Positions 8,957-16,920 of a stretch of 50,465 nucleotides of DNA are shown piece by piece. The DNA comes from an uncultured Christensenella sp. Its GTDB lineage: Bacteria; Bacillota; Clostridia; Christensenellales; Aristaeellaceae. The notes below the pieces were generated by a model that saw nothing but the letters and a program-made list of their open reading frames with translations, did not search any database and was not told where the DNA came from. How positions within the stretch are numbered: position 1 is the stretch's first letter; the number at the start of each line of letters is the position of its first letter. Where the stretch lies: contig CAYFSN010000001.1 of assembly GCA_964345845.1 (NCBI GenBank), forward strand, positions 11,469-61,933, written 5' to 3'. The translations under genes and the position numbers were made by a program.

Positions 8957-10042
8957 ATGTTTATGAGATGTAAACGTTCGCTGGCTATGCTGTGCATTCT
9001 CCTTCTGCTCATCCCCTTTACCGGGCAGGGCCAGGAAATGCAGCGCTTTTCAACATCCTTCTTTGGCGCCTTTGATACGGTCATCACCATCATTGGTTTC
9101 GCGCCAAACGCGGATGCGTTTGAACAAATCACCGAGAAAGCAAAGCCCCGCTTTGATGAACTCAATCAGCTATATGATAAATACAACGACTACCCTGGCG
9201 TTACCAACATACGCACCCTGAACAAACAGGCTGCCCAAGCGCCGGTAAAGGTTGAGCAGGACTTGTTTGACCTCATCAAGTTCTCCAAGGAAATGTACAG
9301 CAGCACCGATGGTCTGGTGAATATCGCCTTTGGCTCGGTGTTGGAGTTGTGGCATGACAGCAGGGAGGCCGCTGAGTTTAACCCTGAGGGTGCTGCGCCC
9401 CCTGAGATGGACGCACTGAACAGTGCAAATAGTCACACCAACATTGATGATGTTGTGCTTGACGAAGGGGCACTCACGGTGTTCTTTCAAGACCCGGACC
9501 TCAGGCTTGATGTTGGTGCCGTAGCCAAGGGTTATGCTGTCGAAGTTGTTGCACGAGAAGTGCTGCAGGATGCTATGCCCTCATACATCATCAACGCCGG
9601 CGGCAATGTGCGTACTGGACAGGCTCCGCTGGACGGCCGGGCGCAATGGGGCGTTTCCATTCAAGATCCGGATGGGTTTGTGATGGGCGATGCCAACAGC
9701 GACATAATGGAAGTGCTGTTTTTAAAAGACACCTCCATTGTTACCAGCGGCGATTATCAGCGCTTCTTTACCTTTGAAGGAAAGCGGTACCACCACATCA
9801 TTTCCCCCATTACGCTGATGCCGCCAAACTACTTCCGCTCCGTTACTGTGGTGACAGAGGACTCCGCACTTGCAGACTGGCTGAGCACCACCTTGTTTCT
9901 AATGGAACAGTCTGAAGGCGAAACGTTCCTCGAAAACTGGGAGGGTGTTGAAGCGCTGTGGGTGATGAATGATCGAACCATCCTGATGACAGAGGGGCTT
10001 AAACCGCACGCCCGCTCTGAGGGCGCTACCAACCCACGCTAA
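8957..10042 (+). CDS. apbE: FAD:protein FMN transferase (ApbE family), extracytoplasmic
   Basis: Signal/anchor MFMRCKRSLAMLCILLLLIPF, then ApbE motifs (FGAFDTVITI, AKGYAVE, INAGGNV, WGVSIQDP, VTSGDYQRFF..GKRYHHIISP, ADWLSTTLF). ATG at 8957 is 1 nt after the era stop; the 8792 ORF start overlaps era and is rejected. Confidence 0.88.
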   Translation: MFMRCKRSLAMLCILLLLIPFTGQGQEMQRFSTSFFGAFDTVITIIGFAPNADAFEQITEKAKPRFDELNQLYDKYNDYPGVTNIRTLNKQAAQAPVKVEQDLFDLIKFSKEMYSSTDGLVNIAFGSVLELWHDSREAAEFNPEGAAPPEMDALNSANSHTNIDDVVLDEGALTVFFQDPDLRLDVGAVAKGYAVEVVAREVLQDAMPSYIINAGGNVRTGQAPLDGRAQWGVSIQDPDGFVMGDANSDIMEVLFLKDTSIVTSGDYQRFFTFEGKRYHHIISPITLMPPNYFRSVTVVTEDSALADWLSTTLFLMEQSEGETFLENWEGVEALWVMNDRTILMTEGLKPHARSEGATNPR

Positions 10043-10055
10043 GCCACATAAGTGA

Positions 10056-10087
10056 ATCCCCCGGCATGAATGCTGGGGGATTTTTGT
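10056..10087 (+). terminator. intrinsic terminator after apbE (hairpin shared with the convergent minus-strand operon)
   Basis: CCCCCGGCA-TGAA-TGCTGGGGG hairpin followed by ATTTTTGTG. Confidence 0.75.
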
Positions 10088-10098
10088 GTTGACGTGTA

Positions 10099-11046
10099 CT
10101 ACTTCGTCATAAGCTGTCCAGCCAAGGCAATCTGTTCAGAAATAAGCCGACATACCGCGTTTGTACCTATGCGGGGTAAGTCTCCCGGTGTCATGTCCAA
10201 GGTGCGCCAACCAGCGTCCATCACGTTATGCAGGCTGCTGTTCAAACAATCTGCTTCCCTTGTAAGCCCCAACACGTGCTTGAGCATATGCACACAGGCT
10301 TGTAGAACACCGAAGGGACTGATACCGTCATCCAGCGCATTGGTCACCACACAACCATACAGCTCTGGCTTGTCTAACCAGTAGGAACTATAGAAACTGG
10401 CAGTTGGCAGCCCGCTTAGCGTGATGCTGGCTGCCAGCAGGGCATCGCTTGCTGATGGATTGGCGTACACATAGCCCATGCCTTCAGGCGCGTGTATCAA
10501 CCGCTGCAGCGCTTGGGACAGGCTCATTTCCTTCACGTTGGCGGGAGCGGCAGCCACAACGGCCTCTTGCCAAACATCCGAAAGCTGTCCAGAGAAAGGG
10601 ATTTGAACCAGGGCTTGTTCCCCTGAGGCGGCCAAGGAAAGTGCTGTTTTGGTCGCCCTTAGCATGGCGCGGCTGTCTGTACGCATGGGATACATCAACA
10701 CGCCAACAGGCATGGCCTCAGATTTTAGCAGGCTATGCCCACCAAGTGAAGGATGCTGCGTCATGCTGTGGCAGCCTAGTACGCAGTTAAGCCCGCTCGC
10801 CAAACTGATATGTTCCTGAACAGCTGCGCTCATGCACAAAGTGATATCGCAATCAGCAGCTTGCTCCACCACTTCCTGGGTCAAGCCGGTGCCATAGGCT
10901 GTCAGTGAACGCTCGCCGATCACTTCTTCTTTGATGACGAAGGAATGACCAAAGGCGACCGCAATTTCCGTCAGCACTTCCTGTATGGAAAGCGCCAACG
11001 ATTGTGTTGCGGGCTCACCGGAAACCAATAGTATTTTCGCGCGCAT
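10099..11046 (-). CDS. isocitrate/isopropylmalate dehydrogenase-family protein with degenerate catalytic motifs
   Basis: The layout parallels IMDH/IDH. KILLVSGEPATQS sits where IAVLPGDGIGPE is expected, and YANPSASDALLAASITLSGLPTASF sits where N-L-F-G-D-I-L-S-D...G-S-L-G-L-x-P-S-A is expected. Start is ATG 11044-11046, or TTG at 11052. Confidence 0.5.
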   Translation of the reverse strand: MRAKILLVSGEPATQSLALSIQEVLTEIAVAFGHSFVIKEEVIGERSLTAYGTGLTQEVVEQAADCDITLCMSAAVQEHISLASGLNCVLGCHSMTQHPSLGGHSLLKSEAMPVGVLMYPMRTDSRAMLRATKTALSLAASGEQALVQIPFSGQLSDVWQEAVVAAAPANVKEMSLSQALQRLIHAPEGMGYVYANPSASDALLAASITLSGLPTASFYSSYWLDKPELYGCVVTNALDDGISPFGVLQACVHMLKHVLGLTREADCLNSSLHNVMDAGWRTLDMTPGDLPRIGTNAVCRLISEQIALAGQLMTK

Positions 11047-11052
11047 AGGCAA

Positions 11053-12189
11053 TTATTCCCAGTCTACCGGATAGTGTTCAACAGCGTACTTCAGGTTCTT
11101 TCCGTTGGATTTTAGCACATTGATGACATTGTCAATGAGGCGCTGGTCCTCAAAGGGTGTGGGAATAAAGTCGTTGTAGTCTGTTTTAGAGGATATGCGC
11201 ATGGGCACAATGCGGAATGCAGTCGCGTTGGCAATACCATCCTTTACAGCAAAGCGCACTTGAAAGATAAACGAACTCATATCGCTTGGCCGGCTGTTGC
11301 CGGAGAAGCTGAAGTTTGCCAGTGAGTAGACGATATACTTGCCATTATAGTACTCAATGGGGTTGATGCGGTGGCTGTGATGCCCCAGGACCAGGTCTGC
11401 GCCGGCATCAATGCTCAAGCGTCCCAGCTTTTGCTGGTTGTTGTTTGGCGCGTAATCCAGCTCGTCACCCCAGTGGTAGCTTACAATGACCAGGTCGCTG
11501 TCCTGCCGCGCCTGGGCGATGTCCTGCGGGACCTTGTCAAACAGCCGGGGATAGTGTCCATTAAACGTCTGATAGGCCAGCATGGTCACGCGTACGCCGT
11601 TGATTTCCATGCGGCCTGGATAATCTTCACTGCTCCACACAACACCTGCATCTGTGAGTGCCTGACGGGTATCGTCCACACCTTCCTGGCCGTGGTCCAT
11701 CATGTGGTTGTTTTCAAACGCAACGGCTTCAATGCTGCCGGTGGTCAGAATGTCCACATATTCCTGCGGCGCGGAAAACACAAACTCATTGTTTCGTTTG
11801 TACACCGGCGCTTGCGTAAGCGTGGTCTCAAAGTTGACGATGGTCAGGTCATCCTCAGAAAGGATGTCCCGCACATTCTTGGTCACAAAGGAACGGTCAT
11901 TCCCCTGCTTCTTCAGTTCCTGTTCAAACAGCGACACGCGTTTGTTGCGCACATCACCGCCAAAGGTTGTGTCACCAGCCGCGCTAATCGTAATCAGCAC
12001 ACTGCCGTCCGGTTGTGTATACAGCGCAGGGTTGGGGGTAGGTTCTTCACTTTCCGGTACACCCTCGGGGTTGACCGCAGGCGCATCTGTCGCCTGCGGT
12101 ACCCCAAAGATGGACACCTCTTCATCACCATGGCTGATGGGCGTCATACCTAACAGCAGGCAAAGAAGTACCAGGGTTAATCTCTTCAT
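11053..12189 (-). CDS. CapA/PGA_cap family metallophosphatase-like protein, secreted
   Basis: Signal peptide MKRLTLVLLCLLLGMTPISHG, then the CapA pattern (AAGDTTFGG, NFETT, FENNHMMDHG, SYHWGDE, LGHHSHR). AAGGAG SD precedes the ATG at 12187-12189. Confidence 0.8.
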   Translation of the reverse strand: MKRLTLVLLCLLLGMTPISHGDEEVSIFGVPQATDAPAVNPEGVPESEEPTPNPALYTQPDGSVLITISAAGDTTFGGDVRNKRVSLFEQELKKQGNDRSFVTKNVRDILSEDDLTIVNFETTLTQAPVYKRNNEFVFSAPQEYVDILTTGSIEAVAFENNHMMDHGQEGVDDTRQALTDAGVVWSSEDYPGRMEINGVRVTMLAYQTFNGHYPRLFDKVPQDIAQARQDSDLVIVSYHWGDELDYAPNNNQQKLGRLSIDAGADLVLGHHSHRINPIEYYNGKYIVYSLANFSFSGNSRPSDMSSFIFQVRFAVKDGIANATAFRIVPMRISSKTDYNDFIPTPFEDQRLIDNVINVLKSNGKNLKYAVEHYPVDWE

Positions 12190-12199
12190 CAAAGGCTCC

Positions 12200-13867
12200 T
12201 TAGAATATTCCGCTGATTGTTCCCTTCGCATCCACATCAATCTTCAGCGCAGCCGGTGCCTTGGGCAGGCCAGGCATTGCAATGATGTCGCCAGCAAAGG
12301 CTACGATGAACCCAGCCCCAGCGGACAGGCGAGCGTCGCGAATGGTCAGTTCAAACCCTTCAGGGGCGCCAATCTTCTTGGCATCATCGCTGAAGGAGTA
12401 TTGGGTTTTTGCAATACAAACAGGTGCGTTTGCATAGCCATCCTTTTCCAGTTGCTGGAGAATGGCACGTGTTTTTCCGGCGAAGGTCACCGACCCCGCG
12501 TGATATACGCGCTTGGCAATGGCCTCCATTTTTTCCGTTAGGCTCGCTTCGCTTTCGTAGGTATAACTTGGCTTGTTTCGCTGCTTATCCTCCAATAGAT
12601 CGACAACGCACTGTGCCAGGTCACTGGCACCTTCGCCGCCCTTTGCCCAGCCTTCACTCAGCCGGCACGGCACCTGCTCATCAGCCATTGCCTGCATCAG
12701 CGCGTCCACTTCTGCCTTGGTATCGGTGACAAAGTGGTTCAATGCCACAACAACAGGCAATTTCCAAACGTTTTTCACATTGTTTACGTGCTGGAGCAAG
12801 TTGCTCATCCCTGCCTTTAGCGCATCCACGTTTTCCTTGCCCAAATCCTCTTTGGCCACACCACCGTGATGCTTAAGCGCACGAATGGTGGCAACCAGCA
12901 CCACACAATCCGGCCAGATGTCAGACTGCCTGCACTTGATGTCCAGGAACTTTTCCGCACCCAAGTCGCCGCCAAATCCCGCTTCCGTCACAACATAGTC
13001 TGACAGTTTCATGGCAAGTTTGGTGGCGATAACGCTGTTGCAGCCATGCGCGATATTTGCAAAGGGGCCGCCGTGAATCAAGCAAGGTGTATGGTCGATG
13101 GTTTGAACAAGGTTTGGCATTGCGGCATCCCGCAGCAATGCCGCCATGGCACCGTTCGCGCCGATTTGTGCGGCTGTAACGGGCTTATCGTTGTAGTCTC
13201 TTGCGACCACAATGTTGCCAAGCCGTTCTTTCAGATCCATCAAGTCGTTGGCGATGCAGAACGTCGCCATGACTTCACTGGCAGCAGTAATATCAAAGCC
13301 ATCTTCACGCGGCAAGCCGTTGCCTATGCCGCCCAGGCCGCTTACAACCCGGCGCAGCTGCCGGTCATTCAAGTCCATGCAGCGGCGGAAAAGCACGCGC
13401 CGTGAGTCAATGTTCAGTTGATTCCCTTGCTGAATGTGGTTATCTACCATCGCCGCCAGCAGGTTGTTGGCCGCTGTAATCGCGTGCAGGTCACCCGTGA
13501 AATGCAGGTTGATGCTCTCCATAGGCAACACCTGAACCCGGCCGCCGCCCGTGGCGCCGCCCTTCATGCCAAACACCGGACCCAGCGAGGGCTCGCGAAG
13601 GGCGAGCATGGACTTCTTGCCAAGATAAGTCATGCCATCAGCCAGGCTGATGCTGACTGTGGTCTTGCCCTCGCCTGCGGGCGTAGGGGTAATGGCTGTG
13701 ACCAATATGAGTTTTGCTCTCTCCGGTAAATCCTTATACGCGTGGGGATCAACCTTGGCGATGTAGCGTCCGTAAGGCTGCAGAGATTCTTCGGATATGC
13801 CGTTGCGTTCAGCGATTTCGGTAATGGGCAGCATCGTTGCAGCCTGGGCAATTTGAATGTCAGTCAT
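12200..13867 (-). CDS. fhs: formate--tetrahydrofolate ligase
   Basis: 555 aa with MTDIQIAQAATMLPI, TPTPAGEGKTT, GGPFANIAHGCNS and other canonical FTHFS motifs. Confidence 0.96.
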   Translation of the reverse strand: MTDIQIAQAATMLPITEIAERNGISEESLQPYGRYIAKVDPHAYKDLPERAKLILVTAITPTPAGEGKTTVSISLADGMTYLGKKSMLALREPSLGPVFGMKGGATGGGRVQVLPMESINLHFTGDLHAITAANNLLAAMVDNHIQQGNQLNIDSRRVLFRRCMDLNDRQLRRVVSGLGGIGNGLPREDGFDITAASEVMATFCIANDLMDLKERLGNIVVARDYNDKPVTAAQIGANGAMAALLRDAAMPNLVQTIDHTPCLIHGGPFANIAHGCNSVIATKLAMKLSDYVVTEAGFGGDLGAEKFLDIKCRQSDIWPDCVVLVATIRALKHHGGVAKEDLGKENVDALKAGMSNLLQHVNNVKNVWKLPVVVALNHFVTDTKAEVDALMQAMADEQVPCRLSEGWAKGGEGASDLAQCVVDLLEDKQRNKPSYTYESEASLTEKMEAIAKRVYHAGSVTFAGKTRAILQQLEKDGYANAPVCIAKTQYSFSDDAKKIGAPEGFELTIRDARLSAGAGFIVAFAGDIIAMPGLPKAPAALKIDVDAKGTISGIF

Positions 13868-13896
13868 GGAAGCCTCCTGTTCAATTTTGATTTGAT

Positions 13897-13927
13897 AATA
13901 AAAACCGGCGCACCTACGGCGCCGGCT
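13897..13927 (-). terminator. intrinsic terminator after the GntR regulator gene
   Basis: Minus strand has CCGGCGC-CGTAGGT-GCGCCGG followed by TTTTTATT, directly after the stop at 13930. Confidence 0.8.
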
Positions 13928-13929
13928 AA

Positions 13930-14631
13930 TTACGCGGTAATGGGTCGGCTTTTCAGTGCGCTGAGTTTCTGGGTGACCACCTCAAGGCATACCTGCTTGC
14001 TTTCCTCCAGGTGATGCTGCGACAACTCATCAAACCCAGCCTGGTCTCGCTGCACCAGTAACTCCAGCATGCGATGGTGCTCTTTGTGCGCGTCGGAGCG
14101 GCGGACAATACTGGCAATGGACATCGTCGCAAAACGCATGATGTACTCTTCCTGGCTGTCAATGACGCGCAGGATGCGCCGCTTGTCGGAGATGTGCTCT
14201 ATGGTGCGGTGAAACTGGCGGTTGAGTGTGGCCAGCGCTTCTGCGTCGCCGGCATCCTGCGCCACATCCATCTGGGATACAATGGCTCTTAACTGCTCGA
14301 TGTGCTCATCGGTCAAGTTTTCCATAACGGACGGCGTAATCAGTAGCATCAGCGCATTTCTGATGGTAAAAATCTCTTCAATGTCTTCAATGGTGAAGGC
14401 GCGCACAACAACGCCCCGGCGCACTTCGTAGGATACCAGGCCATCCAGTTCAAGCTTTCGGAAAGCTTCGCGCAGCGGCGTGCGGCTGATATGCAGTTTG
14501 TTCGCATAAACAGTCTCCACAATACGCGAACCCGCAGGCAGTTCGCCGGTGATAATGGCATGCTTCAACGTTTCATAGGCAATATCCCGTATGGGTTTGC
14601 TTACTTGATTCATGTCCCTGGTCATAGGCAT
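13930..14631 (-). CDS. GntR family transcriptional regulator (FadR/FCD subfamily)
   Basis: wHTH segment IAYETLKHAIITGELPAGSRIVETVYANKLHISRTPLREAFRKLELDGLV, then an all-helical FCD-like C-domain. The start is uncertain: ATGs at 14661, 14646, 14631 and 14625. 14631 is preferred because GGAAGG precedes it and the predicted promoter leaves almost no leader for 14661. Confidence 0.8.
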   Translation of the reverse strand: MPMTRDMNQVSKPIRDIAYETLKHAIITGELPAGSRIVETVYANKLHISRTPLREAFRKLELDGLVSYEVRRGVVVRAFTIEDIEEIFTIRNALMLLITPSVMENLTDEHIEQLRAIVSQMDVAQDAGDAEALATLNRQFHRTIEHISDKRRILRVIDSQEEYIMRFATMSIASIVRRSDAHKEHHRMLELLVQRDQAGFDELSQHHLEESKQVCLEVVTQKLSALKSRPITA

Positions 14632-14664
14632 AGGACCCGCCTTCCTCATGCTTGATACCATAAT

Positions 14665-14693
14665 ATAGTAATGGCAATCGCTGTTCCTGTCAA
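14665..14693 (-). promoter_or_regulatory. putative sigma-A promoter for the GntR regulator gene
   Basis: Minus strand has TTGACA (14688-14693), a 17 nt spacer and TACTAT (14665-14670), just after the truB stop. Confidence 0.5.
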
Positions 14694-14697
14694 GGAA

Positions 14698-15591
14698 TCA
14701 GGCCTGCAGCATCAAGCGTACCTTGAGTTTTTCCCCTTCCAGTACGTATATGCCAACCAAAGTATCGCCGCAGTATAGCCGAGCATGTGCTCCCTCTTCC
14801 AGTGGGGTCTTCTCCTGCCACTGACCTTGGGATAATGCTACGCCGTGCATGCACCGCTGAAGCAAGTCCGGTGTAACATGCACACGCGGCAGATGATCCA
14901 CAGCGGTTTCAGGGGACACCAGCCACTCTCCGCTAAGCCTGCCTTCTGCCAGAGCCTCCTGAAACGCTTCCAGTGTGATGGACTGATGGATGTGAAAACG
15001 GCCGCTCTGTTCACGAATCAGCATGCGCATATGCGCCGGGATGCCCAAAGCCGTGCCCAAATCGTGGCAAAGGGTGCGAATATAGGTCCCCTTCCCGCAC
15101 CAAACGCGAATGAGGTGGTTGTTGAGGCTGGTTTGCCTTAGGTGTTCAATATGGTAAATATCAACTGGCCGGGCGTCCAGCTCTACTAGTTCCCCCTGCC
15201 TTGCCAGTTCATACAAGGCCTTGCCGTCGCGCTTAATGGCAGAAAAACTGGGCGGCACCTGCTGCACAGTGCCATGAAACCCCTCAAGGGCTTCAACCAC
15301 TTGCTGTGCAGTGGGTACCTTCTCTGACGACGCAACCACGCGCCCGGAGGCGTCCTGGGTATCCGTGGATGTGCCAAAGGCAACTTCCGCTACATAGATT
15401 TTTTCGCGCTCTGTCAAAAAGTCAAAAAGCCTAGTGGCCTTGCCAATCATGATGGGCAAGACTCCTGCGGCCTCCGGGTCCAGCGTACCGGCATGGCCAA
15501 CCTTCAGTTTGGTTAACCGCTTGATAAAAGCAACCGCCTGTGCGGATGACATGCACGGCGGTTTCATCAGGTTTATGATGCCGTTCATCAT
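14698..15591 (-). CDS. truB: tRNA pseudouridine(55) synthase
   Basis: GIINLMKPPCMSSAQAV...VGHAGTLDPEAAGVLPI catalytic Asp motif, with a PUA-like C-terminus. Confidence 0.95.
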   Translation of the reverse strand: MMNGIINLMKPPCMSSAQAVAFIKRLTKLKVGHAGTLDPEAAGVLPIMIGKATRLFDFLTEREKIYVAEVAFGTSTDTQDASGRVVASSEKVPTAQQVVEALEGFHGTVQQVPPSFSAIKRDGKALYELARQGELVELDARPVDIYHIEHLRQTSLNNHLIRVWCGKGTYIRTLCHDLGTALGIPAHMRMLIREQSGRFHIHQSITLEAFQEALAEGRLSGEWLVSPETAVDHLPRVHVTPDLLQRCMHGVALSQGQWQEKTPLEEGAHARLYCGDTLVGIYVLEGEKLKVRLMLQA

Positions 15592-16571
15592 GACAATGCT
15601 TCAACCAAAGCGGAACGCACCATGTGCTCGGCCTGTTCAAGCGACGCCTGAATGGTGCATCCTGCAGCCAGCACATGTCCTCCGCCACCAAACGATGCCG
15701 CAATGGCACTAACATCATAAGGCGGTAAGGCACGCAGGCTAACCTTGATGCCCTCTGCTGTTTCGCTGGCCAGATAGCACATGCGCACACCGGGGATGTA
15801 GAGGCCATAGTTCACAATGCCATCAGCACTGTCCCGACCAGGTGAAGCCGCTTCAAAGTCCTCTTTACGGAGGGTCATGCCGGTGACACGATCATCCGCA
15901 TAGAAGCGAAGCGAAGAAAGCGAACGTCCCAGCAATAGTACATCAGACTTCTGCTTGGTCAAATGGAGCTGCCTGGCGCTTTGCGCAATGGGTAGCTCTG
16001 CCCGCATCAATCCGGCCATCTGCTCGAAGGTTTCAGCGGTTAAAGTGCCAAAGCAAAAACTGCCCGTATCCGTGCTGATGCCGGCGTACAAGCAGATTGC
16101 TTCATCCTGGCTAAAGGCAACATCCGCTTCTTCAAACAGCCTGTACATGATGCATGCGGTTGCAGGGACATCATCAATGACCAGGTTATGCTGCCCGAAC
16201 CGAACATTGGTTGGGTGATGATCAATTTGCAGGTTGAGCGGTGCATTCAAGAAAAGTTCGCCTGCATCACCCAAACGCTCCAGGTCAGAGCTGTCAACCG
16301 CGACAGCCAGATCAAAGTCTGTAGCGGTTACTTCTGATGGCAAAACAAACTGTTCGCGTCCCGGAAGGCAATCCAAGGTAGGCGGAACCGAGTCATGGCA
16401 AACCAATGTGGTCTGTGCACCCATCCGCCTAAGCAATGATGCCAAGGCCAATGCAGAGCCAAGCGTGTCACCATCCGGGGCTCGATGCGCGCATACCAGC
16501 ACATTCCGCCCGCGGCGTAGAACGTCCAACGTCCGCTTCAACCGTTCATTCCCCGTCATTATCTGGCGCAT
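15588..16571 (-). CDS. nrnA: DHH/DHHA1 family bifunctional oligoribonuclease / pAp phosphatase
   Basis: HRAPDGDTLGS, DHH (QIDHHP) and GGGH motifs. Located between rbfA and truB as in many Clostridia. The start (16571 or 16559) overlaps the rbfA end. Confidence 0.88.
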   Translation of the reverse strand: MRQIMTGNERLKRTLDVLRRGRNVLVCAHRAPDGDTLGSALALASLLRRMGAQTTLVCHDSVPPTLDCLPGREQFVLPSEVTATDFDLAVAVDSSDLERLGDAGELFLNAPLNLQIDHHPTNVRFGQHNLVIDDVPATACIMYRLFEEADVAFSQDEAICLYAGISTDTGSFCFGTLTAETFEQMAGLMRAELPIAQSARQLHLTKQKSDVLLLGRSLSSLRFYADDRVTGMTLRKEDFEAASPGRDSADGIVNYGLYIPGVRMCYLASETAEGIKVSLRALPPYDVSAIAASFGGGGHVLAAGCTIQASLEQAEHMVRSALVEALS

Positions 16572-16920
16572 CTTTACCCTGGGATGCTACATCCTTCAGC
16601 ACATTGGCGATATGGATGCCATAGGCAATGTTGGGGTCATCGACAAACTGCAGCTCCGGAGTATAGCGGATGGAAATCCTTTCTCCCAGCAATTTGCGGA
16701 TAAACCCTGCCGCACCCTTCAACGCCTGCAGCAGCGGCTTTGATAGCTCCGGCTCCAGCACGCTGATGTACACCTTGGCGTAGCGCAAGTCGCCCGCCAC
16801 ATCCACCCGCGTCACGGAGTAGGTGCCCGTAATGCGCGGGTCATCTACATCTGTGCGGATGATGTTGTCAATCTCATGCCGCATGAGTTCTGAGATTCTA
16901 TCGTTACGAAATTTAGCCAC
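16546..16920 (-). CDS. rbfA: ribosome-binding factor A
   Basis: 124 aa with [14 protein letters not shown]...DPRI...[18 protein letters not shown], typical RbfA. Confidence 0.93.
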   Translation of the reverse strand: MAKFRNDRISELMRHEIDNIIRTDVDDPRITGTYSVTRVDVAGDLRYAKVYISVLEPELSKPLLQALKGAAGFIRKLLGERISIRYTPELQFVDDPNIAYGIHIANVLKDVASQGKDAPDNDGE

